Assembly: GCA_964016885.1 (NCBI GenBank)
Contig: OZ024753.1
Span: forward strand, 2,356,001 to 2,420,000
Direction: 5' to 3'
From: Eledone cirrhosa
Lineage: Eukaryota
DNA: 64,000 nt
Below are positions 29,377 through 42,245 of the stretch, in pieces (within the stretch, counting starts at the first letter, position 1; every line of letters starts with the position of its first letter). The notes below the pieces were generated by a model. It saw only the letters and a program-made list of their open reading frames with translations. It was not told the DNA's origin and searched no databases. Made by a program: the position numbers and the translations under genes.

Positions 29377-29416
<40 letters not shown>

Positions 29417-29632
29417 CTCTTATTTTTGTTGTGGTGGTGGTGGTGGTAGTAGTATATTAGTAGTGTTGGTGGTCGGGTAGTAGTAGTGGTGGCCGTGGTA
29501 GTAATAGTAGTAGTAGTAGTAGTAATAGTAGTAGTAGTAGTAGTAGTAATGGTGGTGGTGGTTGTAGGGGTGTTGGGGTAGTGGAGTTGGTGTTAGTGAT
29601 AACAGTTGCATCATCATCATCATCAGTAGCAG
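29371..29632. repeat. (TAG)n/(TGG)n/(CAT)n compound trinucleotide repeat
   Basis: Directly visible. Confidence 0.9.
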
Positions 29633-31467
29633 CGGCAAGCAATACAAACAAGCGATTATCAAACTTCAGTCATCCAAGCATATGAAACAAAAAGATAACT
29701 GATTCAGGTACATACACTGACTGCAACTGAGCACACTCCCTATATATACAAGATAAATAACACTTCATATACATATTTACTATCTAAACTTACTTTCTAT
29801 TTAATTCTGTGCTTTAAAATCTCATTCATTTTAGTTGTTACCAACTTACTATAGTTGTAAAAACGTTTGTAATTTATATTCTCATATTTATCACCTGATG
29901 AGCTTTACAATGTTGTAGGAGTGTGATGTTTAACGTGTGTTACATGTTATCAAGCAATGTCAAGATTTGTTTGTTCCATGTAAAAGTCTATTTGTATTAA
30001 TTTTATCGTAAACAAGAGTATTTAAGATAACCAGCAATGCTACTAGAAGAGAAAGGATTGATTTTAAATGCTTTCATTTTATCTTTGCTCTTTTTACCTA
30101 CATATATCAGTATCTAAAATACATGTGAAAAACTGTCTTTGAATGATTCTTGTCTAATCCGTGTATTTGAGAGCTTTATTCGTGTATATAAAAGTGAATT
30201 AAACCAAACATACAGTGTCGGCTGTAGGTAACTTACTGATTACAAAGAAATATAATGGTTTCGGATTTAGGCACAAGGCCAACAATTCTGGGGTGAGGAG
30301 AAAAACATTAAATCAACCCCAATGCGTTACTGATATTATAATTATCGATCCTCACAAGGCGTTATTTAAACTCAGAACGTAAACAACTCGGCCAAATCGA
30401 TTGCATTCTGATAATAATTAGTAGAGTACTAATGCTGCTACATTGGTGCTTATTAATATATTGTAGTTGACTCAAGTTATCTTACAGCCTGAACGTAATC
30501 ATTGACATAGAAATGGGTTTGTAAACCAGACGAGGTAAACGAAATCTCTCTCTACACAGCAAGAACAACGTAAATATAAGATTAATTTGCTTGAATAGCA
30601 CTGCTTCCCAGATCTGACATCACACTCTTTTTCTGTCAATGAAAGAAAGATAAAGCAATGCATGTAACACTGGTGTTTGCTCGCTTCATGTATTTTCGTT
30701 GCTGTTGGAACATACTTTGTACTTTTATACGTGTTTAACCAAAACGAGTTCAACCGGCTGAAATTAGTGGATCCACAACCGTATGAGGAGATGCCAAAGC
30801 GTATCCTCACTCACTCAGATCTGATGAAGAAAATTTATGGCTCGTAACATGCCTCCACCTAGCGGGCCCTACTCATGGGCGACATTTTGTTTAATCGTAT
30901 AGAATGCTGTAGTGTGACAGTATAGGCTTGTTCATTATATTCTGTCTATCTACTTCTGTACGCCAGTAAAATCTAAAGAATAAAGGGTGACCCAAATCAG
31001 GCTCACCAATTCTGGGTCTTCAGAACTTATAAATGAACAGGTTATATGTGAGGAGGTACAAATATTTATTTTTTACCTAGGTTGAAATGGAATGAATATT
31101 GTTAGCAAAAATGCTGCATAATTATTTTCACTTTCATAACAAATTACTTCCGGCAGATAACTGCATCAGTATATGTTCCAATTGACTTATTACACATTAA
31201 TTATTAATTATATTGCTGCATTTGTTAAATGAATCAATGTGATGATGATTAGCAAGAACTTGATTGATTTAGTACATATGTGATTGTTGCCTGACGAGGC
31301 GAGTAAAGGTGGTGGGGAGCATGTGAGTTATTTTTTTGTATATAGCAATGTATCATTATATAAATAACCAACCTGTTAATGTGTTATCCGGCACTTTTCT
31401 ATTTGAATGAGGGTAGTTGTACAACCTATCTAACATTATCGAACAAATCCGGCTACATACCACATAT

Positions 31468-32160
31468 AGTTGTTTTTACTTTTGGCACAAGGCCAGCAAT
31501 TACTGGTATTTTATTTTATCGACCCCATAAGGATGAAAGGCAAGGTTAACTTCGGCGGGATTTGAACTCAGAATGGAAAGGGCCGTAACTCTATGCATAA
31601 AAGCAGGGCGTCGGACCCTCTACCGATAATGCCAATCCACCATAATATTAACAATTTATCAGCTAATAAAACAACAAAATCTCTGTCTCATAACAAATCC
31701 GAAACCACACACTGCACAAACTCTGCCCAATCTCTATCGAATAAAATAACGGTTTCTTATTTAGGCACAAAGCCAGTCATTTTGGGGGAGGGGAAAGTCG
31801 ATTAAATCGACCCCGGTGCGTTACTGGAACTTTAATTTATCGACCCCGTAAGGATGAAAGGCAAATTTAATCTCGGCGGGATTTGAACTCAGAACGAAAA
31901 ATCCCGTAACTATATGCCGCAAAGCTTGCTGTCCGATGCTCTACCGATACGGCCAATCCACCACCCTTACTGTTTTCTAATTTAAGCACAAAGTCAACAA
32001 TTTTGGGGAGGTGAAAATGGATTAAATCGATCCCAGTCCGTTACTGGTATTTTTATTTTATTGACCTCGTAAGGATGAAAGGAAAAGCTAACCTCGGCAG
32101 AATTTGACCTCAGAACAAAAAGGGATGTAACTGTATGTCACAAAGCATGTTGACCGATTC
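31468..32160 (-). mobile_element. Three SINE family 1 copies, two head-to-tail and of the longer subtype
   Basis: Copies at about 31468-31642, 31745-31968 and 31970-32160. The last two retain the ttgggggaggg..gattaaatcga block. Confidence 0.85.
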
Positions 32161-33519
32161 TCACATAACATTTGTTGTATAATCGACCGACACGCTGCCA
32201 ACAATTCGTCCTCTACATAACTGCAACCCAATAATATGATCCAATCCTCACAACACAATTTCTCTCTGTTATGATACTGTATCACCTAACACATCTCACA
32301 TAAGATAATATATTAAAACTCTACACAGCAAATGAAGCATTAACATGACAGCAGAAACTACCGACAGCGTCCATCACAACGGAAATTTCTGGTAGTATAC
32401 AAACAGAATTCTACACTTCTAAAGGACAATTCCCCACACACACGCACACCAGGAACATTGAGGCATATGGTTGATATAGTAGAGGCTTGCATGAAACTAA
32501 TCAAATATTAATTAGTAAAAAAATATATTATCAAAAACAGAAAATTAGCTATTTTGTTTGGCTTTTTGAAAAACCGAATTGAAAATGTTTTTTAAATATT
32601 TCAATTAAGGGCAGCCAGACATGCATTTCAATGCATTTTAGTTAGATAATATCAATATTTCAAATACTAATAAAAATATTTTAAAAACACTTTTTAAAAA
32701 ACTTTATTCTTATTTAATTTTAAGTCTTTCTTTCACTTATTTAATATTTTTACGAGTAGAAAAATGATTTGAATTGTCGAACATCAAACGGTTTTTCCAA
32801 AGAAGAATCCCAACATATTCATAGTTAGGATGATGCATTTAGAGAATGTATTTTCAGTTTGGCCAATATGCAGTGTGATTATAGAGCGAGTTGTAACTTA
32901 AAAAAAAATTTTAGCCAACATTTCAGTAATTTAACGTTCTTTACTGTAGATATTTTTGTACTAAATTGAGAGAAGTGAAATTCGTTTTAGTGCCATAAAA
33001 ATATTTTAATAAATACATACACCACTTTAACGCCCATATACAATTGTTGAAAATTGAATTTTTTTTATGCAGCAGCCTCTATCAATATACTCTCGTCTCA
33101 AATAGGTTGCTTGTAAATTTAACATTATATAAATGATGTATGCTGAATCACATAAGTTAAAAATGTAAAAATAAAATGTGCGTACTTAATTCTATATAGC
33201 ACCAGCTACCTGAATTTTCTAAATTCATACTACTGATCGACACATGTTGTGTTCTATAAGTCTCTGTAGAAAATATAAATTCTAGTAAAGCACATTATAA
33301 AAGAGTTAAACAGCTGATTTAACTGAGTATTGCGATATTATCCTTGGTTTCATAAAACTGAATTAAACGTAATATAATATTCAAATACATAAAATGTCTA
33401 CTACCATTATAGAAATAACAGCAGCAAGCTTCAATGTCATGCTGATACTTCATAAACTACCAACATGAGATTGCAGCTACTGCTGACTTTATCTGTATGC
33501 TTCAGGATGTATTACCATC

Positions 33520-33715
33520 CCCCAACATGGTTTCGACTTTTGCTGAATCTAACTTTGATACTCAAGTCTATCAAAATGTTAACTTTTACAGGTTTAAATT
33601 GATGCCGTGTTGAAGATTTGGTTCCTCTACAGTCTCAGATCGATGCTCGATGAAATAAAACACTAAACTACTACACTATATAACAATCAAATAAATAAAT
33701 ACGGAAGGGGTCATG

Positions 33716-33764
<49 letters not shown>

Positions 33765-34168
33765 TCTTTACTCAACCTTCATTACGAATATGGATGTCTC
33801 CTCTTTTCTCTTTAATTTTTCTACTGATCTTTCAATCACCTCATCTCATCGCCTTTTGCTGATCTCTCCACTCAATTGCCACTCAATATCTTATCAACTA
33901 TATACTATCACATTCCCTCAAATTCCGCGCTAAACACTACCAGACTTTTCTTTCCAGAACGGTGGCAGTGTGGAGTTGCCTTCCTGTTCAAAATGTTCTT
34001 ACTGTCATTGACCTCGGCGGTTTATAATTCTCACGTGTCTCGAAGTACCTAAAAACGTATGAGCAAGGTCCCTTCCGTATTTATTTATTTGATTGTTATA
34101 TAGTGTAGTAGTTTAGTGTTTTATTTCATCGAGTATCGATCTGAGACTGTAGAGGAACAAAATCTTCA
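33520..34168. mobile_element. Divergent inverted-arm element with decayed hammerhead
   Basis: About 111-bp inverted arms at 33611-33721 and 34058-34168, the right arm ending near (TA)n. The left arm continues on the minus strand into TTGATA-gactt..aagtc-GAAA-ccatg at about 33520-33580. Confidence 0.55.
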
Positions 34169-34172
34169 CAAA

Positions 34173-34213
<41 letters not shown>

Positions 34214-34344
34214 TATGTATACGTACATACATATATGTATACAGACGTACAGTAGTATGTGTATATATATACATACATGCACACATATATATATGTACGT
34301 ATGGATTCACCAAACATTTATTATAATGCTCGGTGTGTTTGTAA

Positions 34345-34823
34345 ACAAACATCCTGTATTAAGCCGCAGTGTCTAGCAGCCACCGTTGCTCGTTTGTTCA
34401 ACACTGACAAAGGAACGCTGTACTAGTTTCAAGCTTGTTAGCTATCGTCAGCAACATATACCTTCCCGCCAGATGGTTGAACGTCCGAAAGTATATACTT
34501 TCCTTATCCATATTAACGGCTGAGTAGCCCAATTTGCATATCGAGTGGGTTAATCGGCCGGGTGCACCGAAAACGATAAACGGAAAAAATGAAACGAAAT
34601 TTCATTTTCCACTCTTAGTACGGCTGTTACTTAAATATAAGTATGTATACGCACATACATATATGTATACAGACGTACAGTAGTATGTATATATATATAC
34701 ATACATGCACACATATATATATGTACGTATGGATTCACCAAACATTTATTATAAGGCTCGGTGTGTTTGTAACAGCCGTACTAAGAGTGGGAAATGAAAT
34801 TTCGTTTCATTTTTTTCCGTTTA
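34345..34823. mobile_element. Inverted-arm element whose spacer is a copy of its own left flank
   Basis: Arms 34577-34630 and 34769-34823; 134-bp direct repeat at 34211-34344 and 34639-34772; hammerhead in the long arm. Confidence 0.7.
34416..34456 (-). ncRNA. Minimal type I hammerhead ribozyme motif
   Basis: Minus strand: tgttg CTGACGA t AGCT aaca AGCT t GAAA CTAG TA cagcg. Palindromic stem III ACTAGT, GUA triplet, stem I with G-U pairs. Confidence 0.7.
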
Positions 34824-35610
34824 TATATATACACTTTCACTAATATATGCATCTGTTGTGTTACAAGGATATAAAGTAGATAGTGTTATACGCATACAAC
34901 ATACACATATGCAGGCTCATACATACAGGCTCATACACACGCATACGTATACATATACACAATATCATAGATAACGAACGTTCTTGATAAAAACACTTAA
35001 GGTATTAGCGACAATAACAACAATGAATGAAATAATATCAAATGCTTGACGAAATCCGCAGATATCGGTGTGGTAGAAGGGATAGGGCGAGGGAGAATAT
35101 GAAAGATATATCACCAATAATTAATTACTGGAAAAATTATGAAACAATCTAGAAATAGATCTGCTAGAAATGCAATGTTTTCCAGGAGCACCAATTGCTT
35201 TCTCTGTCATCCCGATATCTATAGACGTCAAGCTGCTCTATATATTTGTGTTCTATGAGATTTAATGCAACAGGAGGTTTTCATTATATCAGAGTATGTG
35301 ATTTAAATGGATAAACATCTCCTTGGAAATTTACTATACTCGTTCTCGTGTGTAAAACTTTGATAAACGTAACTCATTATTGGACGTGTTGGTGTGAGTC
35401 TTTACAACTCGATCACAAGTTATAAGGAGGCTTAACGACACTCTCCGCTACTTCCATAGTGCCCAACAGTTCTATTGAAAACAGATAGTTTCCGAAATAT
35501 TCAAGGAAATAACTTGAAAATCATTAATTCAATTTCATAACCTCGAATCTCGAATAAGTTACATAAGACGAAATTGCGGTAGAATTTATAATAAAAAAAA
35601 CAAAAAACGG

Positions 35611-37961
35611 TTACAACTTGATTTTTCGGGCTTTTAATGAGGCAAACTGGTTGATAATTTCCTCTTAATCAGTTCGTTCAAACTCTTCGATTTCTACACT
35701 CAAAAGGGCGAGGTCAGTCAGCCGTTGTTGGCCCATTGAGGTTCGCAAGTACGAATGTATTAGCCTCAGCTTGCTGAACTACCTCTCGCAACTGGCAATT
35801 GAAATAGAAATCGTCAACATTATTTGAATGCTGATTCACAAATTGGGAAAAACACATTCATCGCCGTATTGTTTGATGAATTGGAAAAGTGCCTCCGGCT
35901 TTAAAATTGGGTCAGCTGTCCTAGTAGCCAGCAAAGATCGGCAGTCCAAGATTTCCTCATACAATTGCTCTCCGTCGACTGTTGCACCTTTGTTTAAGGA
36001 CAAGGTTATCAGGAGCAGCCAAATAAAACAGATAGTTGACATCAAGAAGAAAGCCAAAACTTGAGTCGGTTTCCTTAAGTCGAATAAACCGTTCTTCCAT
36101 TTCTGTTTGAAGACGATTGAGTGAACTTTGCACTGCTCTCTCTATCTCTTTTCTGGCAGCCACCTCGACGTCCTAAGTAGTTTCGGTATTGGTTTGTCGT
36201 CTTCCTCGCCTCCTCGGAAAATCGACATTCCATTTCTGGCAGAGGTTGAAGCCCATTTCAAGAGACTCGTGGATTAAGGATGTTCCTTCTTCTTTAAAAT
36301 AAAGTTGAAGGGCTCCTATATCAGCTGCAGCATCGTGAAAATTCATTCTTGGATCTTGAAGTCTCTTTTGAACCCGGTCAATTCGTGAGAGAATCGTGTT
36401 CCAGAATCCAATCAAGTTCAGGAATTCATAACTCAGTATCTGATTATGGAGATTACTGGTATCACTTCTACTCTCGCATGTCCCTATTTCATCATCACTA
36501 ATTTTTTCGAGAACTTGAACAATCTGCGTCAAATAATTCGCCACCGGTCTGACTGCGGTACATCTAGCACTCGACCGCGTGTCTGAAGGATATTTAACAA
36601 CCACTGGAGCAACTTGTTTAAGGGCTTCCCATCGTCGTGTTGAACGAGAAAAAAAGTTGTATAACGAGTCAATGCAACTGAAAAAGTTCATCATAGCAGA
36701 ATCGTGAAGACCAGCCAGATTAAGTCAATGGTTATCGCAATTAACGAAGTGAATCAAATTATTCTTCTCTCTAATTCTCTGCTGAACCCCACTGCGGTGC
36801 CCAGCCATTATGGCAGCATTGTTGTAGCACTGCGATCGACAGTTCTGCAGTGGTAGGTCATCTTTTTCTAGCTCTTTCACGATTGTTTCAACAAGGCTTG
36901 CGGCATATTTTTTGATTACTTGAATGAATCCAAGAAAAGATTCCCTCACAACGACAGTCTTCATATTGAAATCAACATCGACATATCGCACAACTTTTGA
37001 CAGTTGTTCTCGGTGCGCCTGGTCAGGGGTCGAATCAATCAGCAGACCATAGTATCTTGCTTTTTGGATACGATTTAGTAAATTCTGACGAACTGTGGAG
37101 GCCATGATGTGGATGAACTCATTTTGTATATCTGGCGAAAGATAGGACTTGTACCCAGGATGTATTTCTACATGATTGAGGTGCTCTTTTGTGACAGGGT
37201 CAAAGGTAGCAAGAAGTTTAAGCAATCCTTTTAAATTTCCGACGTTGAGCTCGTCCTTTAGCTGAAGTGACTCTCTGTGTCCTCTTAAAGTTAGATTGTG
37301 AGTCGCTAAGAATTTGATACAGTGGAGAATTCTAGTTGAAATTTCGCGCCACTTCTGTCTTTCATTTTTTATCTGAAACTGAAATTCCGCGTCAATAAGC
37401 CCGTCATTTACTGCGACTTTTCTCTCCATTTCTTTCCACAGTGTAAAGCATTCACGATGACTCTTAGAATTTTTGTGACTCCGCATTCTTTCTGGTCCTT
37501 TCCAGTTATTAAACCCACATTGTTTCTCTAACGATGATTGATGCTCTGATCGCGAAAAGAGAAGACAACATATGCAGAAGGCGGACTTGTTTGAAGGAGA
37601 GTAAGAGAGCCATGAGCGATTTACTCTCCTCACCACGACCATTTTCTAGTTTTCTCTTGAACCAACTCTTGTTCATTGCCCGTTTATTTGTATAGTAAAA
37701 AGGCCCTTCACTATTTTCTGGCTTTAGTTGACTTGATGTGAATTCATTATCGTCAGATGCGCTTGTATTCATTACTCCTTCCGCTTCAAATACGTTAGTA
37801 AACGGCTCATCCGACTCCGTAAAATTTGCGGAGCAACATGGTTCAGGCCTTGAGAAATAGGACAGCATCATCTGGCTTGACTTCTTGGCTTCTTCTGCCT
37901 CCAACTTGCGCCTCTTTCGTCCTTCAGCTCCACTTTCCTTTTTGCCGATAAAACGTTTCAT
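35611..37961 (-). pseudogene. hAT transposase pseudogene (TTF zinc finger, DUF4371, C-terminal dimerisation domain)
   Basis: Consecutive frameshifted ORFs give SGAEGRKRRK, RSWLSYS..FCICCLLF, DSTPDQAHREQLS, QCYNNAAIMAG (second catalytic D is N), FVNCDNH, FFSRSTRRW, and FPNL*..SIASCER*FSKLRLIHSYLRTSMGQQRLTDLALLSVE..KARKIKL*. Confidence 0.92.
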
Positions 37962-38206
37962 TTATACGGTGACAACCTACAAAGTGAGAAAATGGAAATA
38001 AATCATGAGTGTACATTTTAACTATTTTAGTACAACGTATTTAGCAATCCAACTTCGGTGTTAACTTTATTATATAAACCAGTGATAGACATTAGTAATC
38101 AACAGTGTGTCAAGAATTTAAAATCATATTCGAAAAATTCGTTTTCTTTTCATTCCACAACTGTTTTTTAAGTATAAACTGCAAAAAGTCAAATCTAAAC
38201 TTCTTA

Positions 38207-38676
38207 TATTAGCTTATAAATCATGGAAATCAGGGATAATCTCACATTCTGCGCTGATATGGCAATATTGACTTACTTTTGTGCAAAATTCACAAGGGAT
38301 GCAGGACTCAATCTTGGGATGAAGAAGTATACGTCTGTAGTGATTTAGTGGAACTCTCTTGCCTTTGTAACTAGACCGTGCAAAGTTACCTTCCCGTGGC
38401 TCTGACGTCACGGCGTCCTCTTTCCAACTCAGCCTTGGTGCTGAGCGGACGCAGATGGCTTTTGCTCTGACCGTACGCACGTGATGGGATCCCCACCATG
38501 GGACCTCACGTGGCGATCATTTAAACCCTTCGTTAGGACTTAACACACACAGGTATGAATTTGATTATATGTAACATACACATTCAACTTAGCACACTAA
38601 TAAAACGTATTCATTTATACATCGTTGATAATCTCTGTTGTCTCCTTTATTCATTCATATACAAAACCAATTAACA
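38207..38676 (+). mobile_element. Possible solo LTR nested in the hAT 5' region
   Basis: Ends ttaaca, begins tattag (TG mutated?), flanks tctta/tcttt; tttaaa then aataaa in LTR-like order; GC-richer than surroundings. Confidence 0.3.
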
Positions 38677-39024
38677 TCTTTATCCAGTGAACTGTAAATG
38701 AACATTACGTATATATCATTCTTGTCGGCATACATCACACGAAGCCTTCCATCAAAACATTTATATTATATTATAGAAGAAAACATTGAACCATCTAAAC
38801 TGGAGTCAAATTGAATTCCTAATAGAAGCTATCCGATTCTATCTGGCCATTTGGATTATGATACCTTTTCTATACGTCTTATACCAGTTGTAAAAGACAA
38901 ACTACTCTGTTTTGTAAACCAGCTTCATAATTATGATTATCTTGTATTGGTCATTGCAATGTATTGCTAAAAATAGCACCTGCGTGTCCATCAGTTTCAC
39001 GTCCAAAACTACATCCCTTCAGGC

Positions 39025-39056
<32 letters not shown>

Positions 39057-39189
39057 TTGTGAGGTCAAGTGAGGTATCCGCTGCTTTGCAATGTATAGCT
39101 AAAAATAGCACCCGCATAATTGGGCGTTTTTGTGAAGTCAAATCAGACATCTGCTCTGTCTAGTGCGCTAGACATGGCGTGGAAGTCGG

Positions 39190-39913
39190 GGCGATATCCA
39201 ATTTTAGTGGACTAAATGCTGCTTACGTGCTGTAATTGCTGCTTACTTCAATGTATGGGGCTATTCCAACACATTTACATTCCCTTTTTTTAGCCGTTAA
39301 AAGAAATATAGATTTATTTATTGTTTTTTTTTGCGATTTATTTGCCACTGGGGCATAGAATTCTTTATTTGCCACGTTTTTGTTTGTTTGTTTGTATTTT
39401 TGCGATTTATTTGCCACTAGAGCATTAGGCGGGTAGCGAAAGTAGCAATAATGGCCCGTGTAAGTGGGCTATCTCTCTATATCGGCTTGTACAGGTAAGA
39501 GAAGGGAGCACCCCCTCTCTCTGTGCTCCCTGGCAGAAAGGTCGCACACTTTCTACGGGGGGTGTGTGTGACCCCAAAAGGCTGCCTCTCTATTGAGGAC
39601 TTAATTTTTTATATTACTTTTTAATCACTCGTTAAATGTTTGTACTTGATTTTTGTAAAAGATTCCCCAGCCTAATGCTCTAGTGGCAAATAAATCGCAA
39701 AAAAACAAACAAACAAACAAACAAAAACGTGGCAAATAAAGAAATCTATGCCCCAGTGGCAAATAAATCGCAAAAAAAAAAAACAAATAAATCTATATTT
39801 CTTTTAACGGCTAAAAAAGGGAATGTAAATTTGTTGGAATAGCCTCATACATTGAAGTAAGCAGCAACTACAGCACGTAAGCAGCATTTAGTCCACTAAA
39901 ATTGGATATCGCC
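39190..39913. mobile_element. Non-autonomous long-TIR DNA transposon (MITE; Merlin-like or Mutator-like)
   Basis: About 240-bp TIRs (39190-39430 and 39670-39913) with GGCGATATCC..GGATATCGCC termini and an exact 8-bp TSD GAAGTCGG at 39182-39189 and 39914-39921. Confidence 0.9.
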
Positions 39914-40112
39914 GAAGTCGGCTAGCAAGAAATCACATGCTTCATTTTTGGCTTATATTTTTAAAAATGATAAAAACGACATGGATGTGAATCGATCTAG
40001 GTCGAAATTGCGCCCCTCCCCGCCCTAAATATGGCGCCCGTGGCATGTGCCCTGCTTGCCACACCCTAGCTACGCCATTGTATATATATATACATATATA
40101 TACATATATATA

Positions 40113-40260
40113 TAACGAAGGAAATGTGGTAAGCAACAAGATGGACCATAACGCACCAAAGTACTCAATACTTAGGGTAGTAGAGTGGGTAATAGGAACG
40201 AGTCCAGAATTAGCCGTCGAAACGGCTTGAGCTCAGCCGTCGGGGTCCTACTCGTTCCTA
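40113..40260 (-). mobile_element. Hairpin-plus-tail element family A, copy 3 (tail-bearing arm only 11 bp)
   Basis: Tail 40113-40192, then taggaacgagt joined through an agt microhomology to the opposite arm agtccagaattagccgtcgaaa...gttccta; (TA)n flanks. Confidence 0.8.
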
Positions 40261-40832
40261 TATATATATATATATATTAAATTCTCTACCCACATGCAAT
40301 CGTTTCTCTCACTATTTAACGTATTAGGGTGCTATCTGCTTTCCTTTTTGGTTGGTATCGTAATGATGTTGACGTCTTTAAAGCATTGAGGGGGGTGAGA
40401 AAACGGAGATACACGGGTTCTTCCGATGACTTCGTTTCAATATTATAGACCTTTTCGATTTGCTTTATAAAACTTACTCGAGGCAAAGAAATTTACATAA
40501 AGATTTTCATGTGACTTCCTTTATAAGCTCTATGTTGATGATGTCAAACGAAATAGGCGACAATAACAGGTTTTAGTGTTATTTTATAAACGATATATTC
40601 AACAGCTTCAACAGATTTTAAGTTTGTTATGAAATGTTATATAACAAATACACAAACACGATTTGTGTTAAGATATAAGGAAACAAGATACAGATTTACT
40701 ATTAATTATGCACATGTCATTTTACCAAACAACTTACACACTTTTGCCACCTTTGATTAATTATAGTTGTTCTTTAAAGATCACATACTTCGGAGCTTAA
40801 TAATTAACTATTAATGGTGTGGCACGTATATG

Positions 40833-40880
<48 letters not shown>

Positions 40881-41301
40881 TATATATATATATATATATA
40901 CATTATATATATATATATACATTATATATATATATATATATACATTATATATATATATATATACATTATGATATATATATATATACATTATATATATATA
41001 TATATACATTATATATATATATATATACATTATATATATATATATATACATTATATATATATATATATACATTATATATATATATATATACATTATATAT
41101 ATATATATATATATATATACATTATATATATAATATACATTATATATATATATACATTATATATATATATATATATATACATTATATATATATATATACA
41201 TTATATATATATATATATATATATATACATTATATATATATATATATATACATTATATATATATATATATATATACATTATATATATATATATACATTAT
41301 A

Positions 41302-41343
<42 letters not shown>

Positions 41344-41448
41344 CATTATATATATATATATATATATATACATTATATATATATATATATATATATACAT
41401 TATATATATATATATATATACATTATATATATATATATATATATACAT

Positions 41449-41479
<31 letters not shown>

Positions 41480-41851
41480 TATATATATATATATATATAT
41501 ATACATTATATATATATATATATACATCATATATATATATAATATATGTATATATATAAAATATATGTATATATATAAAATATATGTATATATATAAAAT
41601 ATATGTATATATATATAATATATGTATATATATATAATATATATGTATATATAATATATATATATATATATGTATATATAATATATATATGTATATATAT
41701 ATATATGTATATATAATATATATATATGTATATATAATATATATATATGTATATATAATATATATATGTATATATATATATATGTATATATAATATATAT
41801 ATATGTATATGTATATATAATATATATATGTATATATATATTATATATATG

Positions 41852-41882
<31 letters not shown>

Positions 41883-41892
41883 TATATATATG

Positions 41893-41923
<31 letters not shown>

Positions 41924-41963
41924 TATATATATGTATATATATATATATATATGTATATATAAT

Positions 41964-41994
<31 letters not shown>

Positions 41995-42214
41995 TATGTA
42001 TATGTATATATAATATATATATGTATATATATATTATATATATGTATATATATATATATGTATATCTAATTATATATATATATATATATATAATATATAT
42101 ATGTATATGTATATATAATATATATATGTATATATATATATGTATATGTATATATAATATATATATGTATATATATATTATATATATGTATATATATATA
42201 TATGTATATATAAT

Positions 42215-42245
<31 letters not shown>

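Larger units (their letters stand above)
35611..40080 (-). mobile_element. Degraded hAT DNA transposon (Tip100/ZMYM1-like), 3' terminus not found
   Basis: Minus-strand 5' end caatggcgtagctagggtgtggc at 40080 resembles CAGTGGCGTAGC hAT TIRs and lies upstream of the transposase relic; nested insertions in the 5' region. Confidence 0.75.

Noticed and set aside
29888-29930. atcac CTGATGA plus hairpin plus gtgat
   Set aside because: GAAA and the cleavage triplet are absent; at most a deleted relic
30852-30868. CTCF-like motif ccgctaggtgg on the minus strand
   Set aside because: A single short imperfect match, expected by chance
35400-35610. Search for the hAT 3' TIR (expected ca(a/g)tggcgtagc on the plus strand)
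   Set aside because: No convincing match, so the element end and TSD were not called
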